Below are positions 1 through 8,466 of a stretch of 64,000 nt of DNA, piece by piece; position 1 is the first letter of the stretch, and every line of letters starts with the position of its first letter. The position numbers were made by a program, and so were the translations under genes. Location of the stretch: positions 32,001 to 96,000 of the IMG/VR virus record IMGVR_UViG_3300009345_000003. One strand, written 5' to 3'. The notes below the pieces were generated by a model. The model had not been told where the DNA came from. It did no database searches and saw only the letters and a program-made list of their open reading frames with translations. Source of the DNA: a virus.

Positions 1-735
1 ATCGCTGCGCGGAGGTTTCTTTGTACTGAACAAATTAGCATTACTTTCTTCTTTTACAAAATCAGCCATATACTCGCTAAGCGGTACTTCAACCTCATTA
101 CCGCGCTTATCAGTAGTAACTTTAACCAAGTCGCCATCTTCATTGTAGTTGAACTCGCCGCCAACTAACTTACTGATCTGATCAGGATTAACAGCATTGT
201 GCTCCATAGCCACTGACCGTAAAGTGTGTTCTTTCAGCTTGGTCTGCAAACCTGTGTACTTCTGCTCCAAGGCTTCGTACTTTTCAGTTACTTCAGTACT
301 GAACGCTGTCTTATCTGCTTCATGCTTATCTACAGTATCACTCAACTGCTTACGAAGATCAGCGATAGTTGTATTAGCTTTTTCCAGCTCAGTCATGTCA
401 GCCTCTTCCTGAGCCTTCTTGGCACTCTTGAGCTGATCAAACTCTTTCTTCATTTCATCAAAGCCTGCAATCTTATCTTCAACGCCTTCAAATTCAGCCA
501 TCTTATCACGCAGCTCTTTGATTTCTTTTGTAAGAGCGTTATTCTTTTTCTTAGCCTTATCCCTAGTGATTACAGCATCAGCAAACAAAGCTTTGTAATC
601 TTTATCTTCTGCTGCTGCTTTACTTTCACCAGAACCGCCTGAAGGTCCATAATCAGTTCCATCAGCTTCATCAACATCAGCTGGTGTAAAACAACGTGTC
701 GTGCTATTACTAAATTTAATCCAAAATTTACGCAT
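1..735 (-). CDS. Probable head scaffolding protein (runs off the left edge; missing from the ORF track)
   Basis: Hand translation from ATG at 735, overlapping the portal stop: MRKFWIKFSNSTTRCFTPADVDEADG...DKAKKKNNALTKEIKELRDKMAE...MTELEKANTTIADLRKQL...AVNPDQISKL..., open to base 1. Acidic N-terminus, long coiled coil, directly downstream of the portal. Confidence 0.75.
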   Translation of the reverse strand, partial: MRKFWIKFSNSTTRCFTPADVDEADGTDYGPSGGSGESKAAAEDKDYKALFADAVITRDKAKKKNNALTKEIKELRDKMAEFEGVEDKIAGFDEMKKEFDQLKSAKKAQEEADMTELEKANTTIADLRKQLSDTVDKHEADKTAFSTEVTEKYEALEQKYTGLQTKLKEHTLRSVAMEHNAVNPDQISKLVGGEFNYNEDGDLVKVTTDKRGNEVEVPLSEYMADFVKEESNANLFSTKKPPRSD

Positions 736-2161
736 TTTCTGTTACCTCAATGTTTTCTGTTGTTTCTTTTTCTTTGCCTGGGGTAGTAAACTCTGTTTTG
801 TCTAACGCAGAGTATAATAACGCTTTATCTGCCACATCCAATTGAATGGGTAGTTTCAAGGATACTGCTGTAAGCAACACCCTTTTAGCCTCATCACTCA
901 ATACCGATGAAGATATAGCGTTTATCTTTGCAAGCCAATCATCCAAATTTTCTAACGGGTACGAATCAGGGTAACGAATCTTGATCTTTTCATCCATTTG
1001 TGACCCTAAATAAGCGTAGTACGTTTTAAAAATATTTCTTTCAAGTGTTTCCATATTATAAGCAAGTGATCCGAATAACAGACTTATTATCTGTTCATCC
1101 CATACACCCAGCATATCTGCTAAGCCCGTAGTGAACAATGTTAACTTAAGAACATCTTTATAAATATTCCAAAGTTCAGCTATCTGCGAACAATCAGCAC
1201 TAATGAACTGAGGCGGTTGACCTGTATTAGCCGGGAAAGCTAATACTTGAGAAGAACCTATAGCTACCAGAGCACGTTGTTTTGCCACTGTTTCTGTAAT
1301 GGTTGTAGTTCCGTCACCCTCTAACGTATTTATATCTTCCTGCTCTCGATACGCGGCTTCATCTAAACTACCATCATCAGGTACTGTAAGCTGCGAAAAT
1401 GTGTGCTTTACAGCTACTGTGTCTACATCAGAGTATAGCTGTAAAGCGGATGCAGCTGCTTCGGATAATTCTTGGCCAAAACCGTCCTTGTATGATGGTG
1501 TAAGCGTGACTTCAAAGAAAGGTGTGTAGCCAAGGCCGTGATCATATACGGGAGAAATGTCGTTACCAGATGAATCTACTTGGGCTATCTGTTCATAATC
1601 TATCTTATAGTAGACTTCTTTTTCTTGCTCATCCACTATCTTTTTCTTCATCCCAATAACCCACTCAAAACCCTTACGCTTGATCTTCTTCCAATTACGT
1701 AATTCAAGTGGGGTAAATATCTCAATAGTAGGTAAAGGGTCTTCCTCAAGCTTTATTTCCGACGTGTCATCTTCTGATACAGAGTAGTCCACAAATACAT
1801 AGCACTTACCAAAAAGTAAAATCGTGGATACTATTGATGTAATACAAGCATTTAAGCTAGTGCCGTAACCATCGGCATCACCTTCAAATGTACCTACTTC
1901 TTCTGAAAAGCCTAACCTGCTGACACCGGAAGCTAAAAAAATGGCTGTGAGCCGGTAGATGACCGTACGTACCACATTTACATATAGCGCACGATCTTTA
2001 CGCTTTTCAAAATCCTGAGAGTCTTCATGCTTATGCTGCACCATTGTTTTTAATATAATGTCTGAATCGTCAGTATAAAATCCTGTGATAGATTCCCAAG
2101 ATTTCTTTTTATCTTCATAGTCTTTATGTGTAGACGTTATATTTGGGTACTCAGCAGCCAT
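728..2161 (-). CDS. Portal protein (SPP1 gp6 / DUF4055-like)
   Basis: 477 aa; E-x4-FEKRKDRALYVN, DADGYGTSL, LLFGKCYVFVD, LELRNW, HGLGYTPF motifs typical of siphovirus portals. Confidence 0.85.
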   Translation of the reverse strand: MAAEYPNITSTHKDYEDKKKSWESITGFYTDDSDIILKTMVQHKHEDSQDFEKRKDRALYVNVVRTVIYRLTAIFLASGVSRLGFSEEVGTFEGDADGYGTSLNACITSIVSTILLFGKCYVFVDYSVSEDDTSEIKLEEDPLPTIEIFTPLELRNWKKIKRKGFEWVIGMKKKIVDEQEKEVYYKIDYEQIAQVDSSGNDISPVYDHGLGYTPFFEVTLTPSYKDGFGQELSEAAASALQLYSDVDTVAVKHTFSQLTVPDDGSLDEAAYREQEDINTLEGDGTTTITETVAKQRALVAIGSSQVLAFPANTGQPPQFISADCSQIAELWNIYKDVLKLTLFTTGLADMLGVWDEQIISLLFGSLAYNMETLERNIFKTYYAYLGSQMDEKIKIRYPDSYPLENLDDWLAKINAISSSVLSDEAKRVLLTAVSLKLPIQLDVADKALLYSALDKTEFTTPGKEKETTENIEVTENA

Positions 2162-2509
2162 CTATTCAGCCTCCTCAAACTTCTCTTTCTTTATTTTCCA
2201 GCTCCTGAATCGCCACCTGGAAATAGGTATGTACTCTATTCGTGTATCGTATTCAACTACGATATTACTTAAAGTTACATTTTTTATGATTGCTTTTTTA
2301 TCATCCACAAATAATGATCTGTGTTTATCAGAAAAAGGAGACTTTTTAAACATAATAAAAGCTACCACCTGATCGATGATAGCCTTTACATAAACCACTA
2401 TGAAGGGAGCAATGAGTAAGAACACAACAAATTCCCACACATGTGCCATAACCCTTTTGGTTGTTAATAACTCTATTATCTCCTGTGTCATATACAGGAA
2501 ATAAAACAA
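2162..2509 (-). CDS. Small membrane protein (N-terminal TM helix plus MscS-beta-like C-terminal domain); possibly holin-like
   Basis: Hydrophobic VWEFVVFLLIAPFIVVYV segment followed by a short beta-rich basic tail. Confidence 0.4.
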   Translation of the reverse strand: MFYFLYMTQEIIELLTTKRVMAHVWEFVVFLLIAPFIVVYVKAIIDQVVAFIMFKKSPFSDKHRSLFVDDKKAIIKNVTLSNIVVEYDTRIEYIPISRWRFRSWKIKKEKFEEAE

Positions 2510-2523
2510 ATTTGTTCAGAAGT

Positions 2524-3213
2524 CTAGTTCTGCACACCTAAACTGCCGTTTAAACCAAAATTCAGCCTTGCCACAACATTCTCATCACTTGTTACGTACA
2601 CTGTAGCAACTGTAGCGTTGTCTGCTATCTTCATGGCATTCACACGATATACGCCTTTAGGCGGTATGGTTACAATACCCTGCGTTACAAAAACTGCTTG
2701 AGACATATCTGAAACATCAGATACCAAATACGTGACTTGAGCTGCTTCTGAATCCATATTCAAAACCACCATACCCGCCCACCAACCATTACTCAAATCA
2801 CAATCAAACATATTTTCATATACTGACGGCTGCTCTTTGAGCTGTTGGATAACCGCAGTAGCGATTGATTCAGGCGTTAAATCATGCGTATAGTACGTTT
2901 CAGCCTCACCTCGACAAACTTCTACACCCATGGATGAGCCTTTAACAACTATATTATACAAAACATTTTCAGCAGGTGGTATTACTACCACGGTATTACT
3001 GAACGTCTGCACTGGCGGTTGTATAATCTGCTTACCTTGATAAAGCTCTACAACATAATACTCAACATCTACATTCGTAGGCTCTACCCAAGATACTGAA
3101 ATGCCGTTGTGAACTGTTGTTAACGTTATAGGTAGCTGTGTCGCTGCCCTAAGCGGCAGGACATACATAAATACACAAATAACAACCAGTATAAATATTC
3201 TGTAAAAACGCAT
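2524..3213 (-). CDS. Secreted protein with signal peptide and FN3/Ig-like beta domains
   Basis: MRFYRIFILVVICVFMYVLPLRA signal; ISVSWVEP...VEYYVVELY...YNIVVKG FN3-like pattern; AGGAG RBS. Confidence 0.5.
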   Translation of the reverse strand: MRFYRIFILVVICVFMYVLPLRAATQLPITLTTVHNGISVSWVEPTNVDVEYYVVELYQGKQIIQPPVQTFSNTVVVIPPAENVLYNIVVKGSSMGVEVCRGEAETYYTHDLTPESIATAVIQQLKEQPSVYENMFDCDLSNGWWAGMVVLNMDSEAAQVTYLVSDVSDMSQAVFVTQGIVTIPPKGVYRVNAMKIADNATVATVYVTSDENVVARLNFGLNGSLGVQN

Positions 3214-3230
3214 TTTTTACACTCCTTATA

Positions 3231-3275
3231 AAAAAAATCTCCAAAAGTTCATTAAGAACTAATGGAGATTTTTTT
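3231..3275. terminator. Bidirectional intrinsic terminator-like hairpin
   Basis: AAAAAAATCTCCA-aa-AGTTC-attaa-GAACT-aa-TGGAGATTTTTTT, with a T-run on both strands. Confidence 0.7.
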
Positions 3276-3288
3276 TATTGTCTAGTGT

Positions 3289-3861
3289 TTAATTTTTAGG
3301 TATGACGAATGAAATGGTTGATTTACCTGCACGCAGCACCCTGTTATTTTTGTAGTCTACCTCAACCGGGTAGGGATATACAGTCACCTTGGATTCAACA
3401 TAAATAGGTTCAATACCACCTGTTTCAGGATCGATAGACAGCACCCACGTCGCTGAAGTTGTTTTCGATGTGAATATACCATTAGGCTCCTGCTGTTCGA
3501 CAACACCTGTTACAGCAGTCTTACCAAAATTATCTTCAATATATCTCCGCTGTATCTGCAACGGGTTAGTCAAACTCACGTCATATGGTATTCCGTAGCC
3601 CAGCGACTTACAGTCACCTTCAATCATACCATAATCCGAACGCCATACTGTGTGCGTGACTGCCACTTTATTACGTGCTTTGAACAGCTCTATTACTAAT
3701 TCGCGCTCAAAAGACCATAAAAATGAGGGCGTAGGTTGTGCAGTAGTATACATAGCCAGCTGCTTTTCTACCGCCTCTGCCTCTTTGTCCGTAACTGTTG
3801 AGTTATAGCAGCCAGTAACCGTGAAGATACAAAACAGCGTGAATAAAAATACTTTCTTCAT
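3289..3861 (-). CDS. Lipoprotein, function unknown
   Basis: MKKVFLFTLFCIFTVTGC lipobox; QPTP...SFERE...EPNGIF pattern; coupled to the upstream membrane protein. Confidence 0.7.
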   Translation of the reverse strand: MKKVFLFTLFCIFTVTGCYNSTVTDKEAEAVEKQLAMYTTAQPTPSFLWSFERELVIELFKARNKVAVTHTVWRSDYGMIEGDCKSLGYGIPYDVSLTNPLQIQRRYIEDNFGKTAVTGVVEQQEPNGIFTSKTTSATWVLSIDPETGGIEPIYVESKVTVYPYPVEVDYKNNRVLRAGKSTISFVIPKN

Positions 3862-3864
3862 TTC

Positions 3865-4167
3865 TTAATCCTTCTTAGATGCTTTTAAAACGTTAATAGC
3901 GTCTATATGCGCCTGGATATCTGCCTTTTCCTCTTTGGTAGCTGCACTACTTAAACGCCTATGCAGAATTTTAAGCTCTGCATCATATGTAGCTATAGCA
4001 GCTTTATCACTAGCTTTTTTCTGATAGCTATTTTCAAATATTATATTTTTTGCCGCAGTGTCAGTAAATACACCTACAGCTTTCAACGTAAAAAATAACC
4101 CAATTAAAAGCACAATTGCTATTAACGCGCCTGCCACCAAACCAGTTACTTTAAGCTTAACGCCCAT
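3865..4167 (-). CDS. Single-pass membrane protein (partner of the lipoprotein)
   Basis: Likely start MGVKLK at 4167 after AAGGAG; N-terminal TM helix, FENSYQ motif, short coiled coil. Confidence 0.65.
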   Translation of the reverse strand: MGVKLKVTGLVAGALIAIVLLIGLFFTLKAVGVFTDTAAKNIIFENSYQKKASDKAAIATYDAELKILHRRLSSAATKEEKADIQAHIDAINVLKASKKD

Positions 4168-4171
4168 TTTT

Positions 4172-4783
4172 TTACTCCTTATCTTCTTGATGATGAAACC
4201 AATTGCACGCATGCATATTTATTATACGCGCTTGAATGGATATATTTTTTTCATCTACATCACCTGCTTCTGTTAGCAAGCTAATTGCTAAATATAGCGC
4301 ACCAAGCGCTCTTTCCAAATCATCCCTATTATCTGTTGAACCGCTGACTTCGTAGCCATGACGCAGTATTTTTTGCAAAACTTTTATTACACCAGCACAC
4401 TTTTCAGATGTATATGCTACACGTTCAGATTGAGCGTATGTAAGCTTGCTAAAAGGCCCGTTTGTTAAAGGACCATGCTCAGGTATAATTTTTTTAGTAA
4501 AGCTACCTGCGTTAAATTCTTGAGCTAACCATTCAACCCAATTAGACACAAACCTATCAGTAGGTATTACAATTGTTTCTTGCACATGAGTGTTAGGATT
4601 AATGTACAATATACTAACAAAAGTACTATTTTTTTGTGTATGCTGTATCACTAGAGAGGGTAAACCAAGTGTGTCAGCATACGCTTTAACTATCTCTTCG
4701 CAACGAGTAGTAAATCCCTCCATTGAGTGGTAGTATTCATTATATAACTTAGCAGCCGACTCTATTGTTAAATCGTTACTCAT
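4172..4783 (-). CDS. Two-domain protein: N-terminal domain paralogous to 9155-9475, C-terminal degenerate MazG-like domain
   Basis: ERVAYTSEKCAGVIKVLQKILRHG...NRDDLERALGALYLAISLL follows the phage MazG-like pattern but lacks most acidic metal ligands. Confidence 0.55.
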   Translation of the reverse strand: MSNDLTIESAAKLYNEYYHSMEGFTTRCEEIVKAYADTLGLPSLVIQHTQKNSTFVSILYINPNTHVQETIVIPTDRFVSNWVEWLAQEFNAGSFTKKIIPEHGPLTNGPFSKLTYAQSERVAYTSEKCAGVIKVLQKILRHGYEVSGSTDNRDDLERALGALYLAISLLTEAGDVDEKNISIQARIINMHACNWFHHQEDKE

Positions 4784-5453
4784 TGTTACCTCGTAAGTTA
4801 ATCAATTCCTCACCAATGTCTTCTTGAACCATGCCTATGAGTTCCCCACAATCAGCGTCATGTACAAGTGCATATTTGATTGTGCCTGTAGCAGGATACG
4901 CTAAAGTACTTTCATACAAATTAGTAAGTACAAGCTGAAATACTTGCGGATGTATCACTTCTTCATTAAGAGTATCTACTGCCGCTTGTACTTTGGCTAA
5001 TGCTTCAATCTCGCTATTAACTGTATAATAATCATCATTAGGCAATTCTTTGGCTTTATAGCTAGTTACAGCTTTAACCAAATCACTACCGTAACAGCGC
5101 ATTGTGACGCAACCTAAAATAAACTGCCCACTAAACGCATTTCTGCGTTCAATCAAAGCATACAAATTACCGCAAAGCAAACCTACAGCTTCGTATAAAT
5201 TACTCACATCGACTTCTTCAAGCGTATAATTGTATACAGGCTGGCGCACCGCACTACGATATGCTGCCTTAAACGAATTACTATCACGCATAGTCTTATA
5301 AAAAGTGGAAAGCTTTCTAGCTAGACATCCGGCAGCTACACCAATATCTATCGTCGAGGCCTCTTCACTATTATACGTTGTACCCTGATGTGCTATAATG
5401 GTTTGCGCCGCTGCATACAATTCAGCTACTGCTTCCTTTCTTTTATTATCCAT
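4776..5453 (-). CDS. Hypothetical protein
   Basis: 225-aa ORF with GGAG RBS, overlapping both neighbours. Confidence 0.7.
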   Translation of the reverse strand: MDNKRKEAVAELYAAAQTIIAHQGTTYNSEEASTIDIGVAAGCLARKLSTFYKTMRDSNSFKAAYRSAVRQPVYNYTLEEVDVSNLYEAVGLLCGNLYALIERRNAFSGQFILGCVTMRCYGSDLVKAVTSYKAKELPNDDYYTVNSEIEALAKVQAAVDTLNEEVIHPQVFQLVLTNLYESTLAYPATGTIKYALVHDADCGELIGMVQEDIGEELINLRGNNE

Positions 5454-5691
5454 GACTGTTCTCCAAATAAGTGCAAAATTGCTGCACCTCCTGATTATTC
5501 AACATACTATCAGCATGATCACAAGTACGCGAATCACCAAGAAGAATATCTTCTAACTCACGTAAGTGATAATGTAATTCATCCAGAACGTCAGATGGCA
5601 TTCCTTTAAAGTCAATCATAGACAACCACTTAGCCTTTTTAAAAACAGCAAACTCAGTGTCTGTTAATTTAGAATTCATCAGCATAACCAT
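5446..5691 (-). CDS. Hypothetical protein
   Basis: Small ORF coupled to neighbours; GAGG upstream. Confidence 0.6.
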   Translation of the reverse strand: MVMLMNSKLTDTEFAVFKKAKWLSMIDFKGMPSDVLDELHYHLRELEDILLGDSRTCDHADSMLNNQEVQQFCTYLENSHG

Positions 5692-5917
5692 CCTCTACGG
5701 CTTCATCGTAATCATCCTTTGTAACCGGTTTCCAATAATATTCACCACACCGCTCATACCACAATTCGCGTGTTAATATTTCAATCTCTCTTTCTGTAGC
5801 ACCTGCTTCACTATAAAAAACAATCTCTTCTTCTGTACCAACGAAACCACAATAAACGTTGACCTTGAAATAATGATGAACTTTCTTATCCTCAGGCATA
5901 GTAGACTCCGTAGACAT
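5669..5917 (-). CDS. Hypothetical acidic protein
   Basis: AAGGAG RBS upstream; 82 aa. Confidence 0.65.
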   Translation of the reverse strand: MSTESTMPEDKKVHHYFKVNVYCGFVGTEEEIVFYSEAGATEREIEILTRELWYERCGEYYWKPVTKDDYDEAVEDGYADEF

Positions 5918-5968
5918 AGTAAACTCCTTTATTTAAAGTGGGCGTTAATTAGAAGCCAACGCCCTAAA

Positions 5969-6081
5969 GCTGGTATAAGGAATTTGTGCAACGCTAGCCG
6001 CCCAAATATGAGATGGGACAGGAGCGCCCTGGATTACTCTATTGAATCAGCTACTTACATTCGCTGAAACTTACATCCAGC
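5969..6081 (-). ncRNA. Candidate ~113-nt structured RNA (three-way junction)
   Basis: Minus strand: 5' GCUGG-A-UGUAAG pairs with 3' CUUAUA-CCAGC; inner TCAGC/GCTGA hairpin; nested GGCGCT/AGCGTT and CTGTCC/GGGCGG stems whose G-U pairs work only on the minus strand; intergenic. Confidence 0.5.
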
Positions 6082-6124
6082 AGTAACGGAATATAAACCA
6101 CATGAATAGGCTGTGTATCTATGA

Positions 6125-6688
6125 TCACCCTAAAATACTTTCAGGTACGCGTCCTGCTTCAGAACACGCTGTTATATTTAAAGCATCCTCAACAAAAGAT
6201 GTCAATTTTGGATAAACATCAAGAAATTGTTTTACTGTGTTAACATTATCCAGCGTACACTTGATATCGTTTACATATGCTTGAATAATCGCAACATGTT
6301 TAAAAATAATATTGAGTGAAGCATTATTAGCAGCACCGCACGAAACAAGCGACTCTTCAATATATTTATCACGTACAGAGGACGATGTAAAACAGGGTAT
6401 TAGTAAAGGTGTTTGAAGCACAAACTTAAAAATAGCACATTTAGGAAACCTGCCCCGTGTAAATGTGTACTCTTTAAGCTCATAAATCATATCAAAATCT
6501 TCAAGAACTGGTACAGCAGCAGGAAGGCCATTAATCTTATAATTACATATCATATCCGCACGTAAATCTTCAATAGCTTCACACATCTCTTCACCGTACT
6601 CAGAAGTAAGGTAATTGTTGTATATATGTTCATACAACTCACGTGTAATTCGTTCACGCTTTTCGTTTGTCAGTTTTATCCTAGCCAT
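6125..6688 (-). CDS. Hypothetical protein
   Basis: 187 aa; GGAG RBS; C-terminal NTVKQFLDVYPKL-type motif common in phage proteins. Confidence 0.7.
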   Translation of the reverse strand: MARIKLTNEKRERITRELYEHIYNNYLTSEYGEEMCEAIEDLRADMICNYKINGLPAAVPVLEDFDMIYELKEYTFTRGRFPKCAIFKFVLQTPLLIPCFTSSSVRDKYIEESLVSCGAANNASLNIIFKHVAIIQAYVNDIKCTLDNVNTVKQFLDVYPKLTSFVEDALNITACSEAGRVPESILG

Positions 6689-6761
6689 TGCGTATGCTCC
6701 ATGTAAAAAATATTTTTTAGATATATGTACATCACCAATAAACGTTTTTTAACAGCTCTTT

Positions 6762-6808
6762 TTTTAGTACGTAACAACATACATGTCACAAACTTAAAAA
6801 AGTGTCAA
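6762..6808 (-). promoter_or_regulatory. Leftward sigma70-like promoter with a 15-bp candidate operator
   Basis: TTGACA (6808-6803)-N17-CATGTAT; TGTTACGTACTAAAA at 6776-6762 is identical to 26783-26797. Confidence 0.45.
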
Positions 6809-7614
6809 GAGTTTTCTTCCTGTTTATCAAGCCAGTCATTAATTATTTTTACTTGACCAGTAATACTGGAAAAGAAGGCCACAGCATGGGCGTATACCAA
6901 TTTCTTCCAATCCTCACTAGTAGGGATTACGTATGTATACATGTATTCAAAATCTTCCACATTACGGTCAGAATCGTTACTGATTGGAGTGTCGTTATCT
7001 TCGCGACGCAATAAGACTGAACACTTATGTGATGTTGTCACTAATTCATTAGACATGAATCTGGCCAACTCTTCTGGCTCCCTACAATGAACAAACATGA
7101 TTCCCGGCTCTGCACGGCGATCAAAAATCTCAACATTTTCTTGGATGTCCTTGAACGGGCCGTCATTGTATTCAACCCACAGCTGCTTAATTCCAGCTAA
7201 CAGCTTTCGTGCTTTCGGTCCTTTAACATAATTCCAGCCTAAGAGTACGGCAGCATCTTTAACAAGGTCTACAGTCGAAATGTTTGCATTATAGACCTCG
7301 CATGTGTAAACGATATCCTGGTGGAACAAGTTCATTACCATTGAAGCAAACGTGTCCTTACCAGAATGGGGTGCACCGTTAATAAAGACAATAAATTTAG
7401 ACATAAAATTACCCTTATATCTTTCCATAAAATTTAATACTTGGTTCTGATTGTATATCAACTGTTTAGCCAACCCAGACGTTCGTGTACCGTATGCTTC
7501 ACCAAACCCTAAAAGTTTGTAACCTAGTCTACGATCTGCGAAATCATCTGATTCAACAAGCGCTTTTATTCTTAACGCCTCTTCAATCAACTTAACTGCT
7601 GGGACACCACTCAT
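6805..7614 (-). CDS. Deoxynucleoside monophosphate kinase-like P-loop protein (possible internal start at 7404)
   Basis: FINGAPHSGKDT Walker A, VKDAA...GW, ARKLL, FVHCREPEEL, SDRNVEDFEY. Internal MSKFIVF is preceded by AAGGGT. Confidence 0.7.
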   Translation of the reverse strand: MSGVPAVKLIEEALRIKALVESDDFADRRLGYKLLGFGEAYGTRTSGLAKQLIYNQNQVLNFMERYKGNFMSKFIVFINGAPHSGKDTFASMVMNLFHQDIVYTCEVYNANISTVDLVKDAAVLLGWNYVKGPKARKLLAGIKQLWVEYNDGPFKDIQENVEIFDRRAEPGIMFVHCREPEELARFMSNELVTTSHKCSVLLRREDNDTPISNDSDRNVEDFEYMYTYVIPTSEDWKKLVYAHAVAFFSSITGQVKIINDWLDKQEENS

Positions 7615-7994
7615 TAGTCTTCCTGCTTAAGGTTAATGCTAATATCCAACTCCATATCTTTGAGCTTATCCTTAATAATGTTTTTAAACACTGCGTTAAC
7701 AACGAATTCAGCCTGATCCTGGACATATGTACCAGCGCGTTCAGTAACAGCTTTATATGCTGCTTCATCAATACATTTGCGCAAAGATATATAATTTAGT
7801 TCATACTTAATCCTCTCGTGTGCACATTCCGAAGCTACAGTATTAAGGGGCATGTATGCGACTTTACGGCCAACTTCATTCTGAATCATAGTTGATAACT
7901 CTTCACGTACGATAGCCTTTACCTGCCCTTCGATTAAATCGCGCACATATTTACGAAATTCACTATCTTGTTCCAAAGGAATACTAATCTTCAT
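7614..7994 (-). CDS. Hypothetical helical protein
   Basis: Start MKISIP at 7994 after AAAGGAGTTAAC. Confidence 0.65.
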   Translation of the reverse strand: MKISIPLEQDSEFRKYVRDLIEGQVKAIVREELSTMIQNEVGRKVAYMPLNTVASECAHERIKYELNYISLRKCIDEAAYKAVTERAGTYVQDQAEFVVNAVFKNIIKDKLKDMELDISINLKQED

Positions 7995-7995
7995 G

Positions 7996-8466
7996 TTAAC
8001 TCCTTTCAGCTTTTGAATCACATGTGCCGTTAGCCACCTGCCACCAGGATGCTTTACGCATCACACATTTACTACCATGCAACGTAAAATTATTAGTCCC
8101 GTAATCATGACACACAACTCTACCTTGATATGTGCCATAATTAGTAATTTTAAAATCACAGAAAAACCGAGGCATCTTTTTAGGTCTTTCTTCCCAGCCT
8201 AAAGGCTCAGTGCGAGTCTGCATAAGAATATGCCCGTTATCACTAATCCATTGGCACGGAGCTAACCACTTACCTGCCGGAGTTTTCATCAATTTTTTAT
8301 ATGCCATAAACTCAGTAATGTTTTGATAATACCCTGGCTGCTCAAATTTAATGACATATTTAGGGTCTAACCTATACACAAAGACATCCCTGGAAAGACC
8401 TTTACCTAAATGATCTGCTGCAATAAGGTCTACCAACTCATCATATATTAGTTGCGAATATTCCAT
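7996..8466 (-). CDS. Minimal protein-kinase-fold protein
   Basis: LGKGLSRDVF Gly-loop, VIKFE (beta3 Lys), QNITE (helix C Glu), CDFKITNYG catalytic loop, VCHDYG (DFG equivalent). Confidence 0.7.
   Translation of the reverse strand: MEYSQLIYDELVDLIAADHLGKGLSRDVFVYRLDPKYVIKFEQPGYYQNITEFMAYKKLMKTPAGKWLAPCQWISDNGHILMQTRTEPLGWEERPKKMPRFFCDFKITNYGTYQGRVVCHDYGTNNFTLHGSKCVMRKASWWQVANGTCDSKAERS

Noticed and set aside
197-642. Plus-strand ORFs 197-412 and 226-642
   Set aside because: Antisense to the coiled-coil scaffold gene at 1-735.
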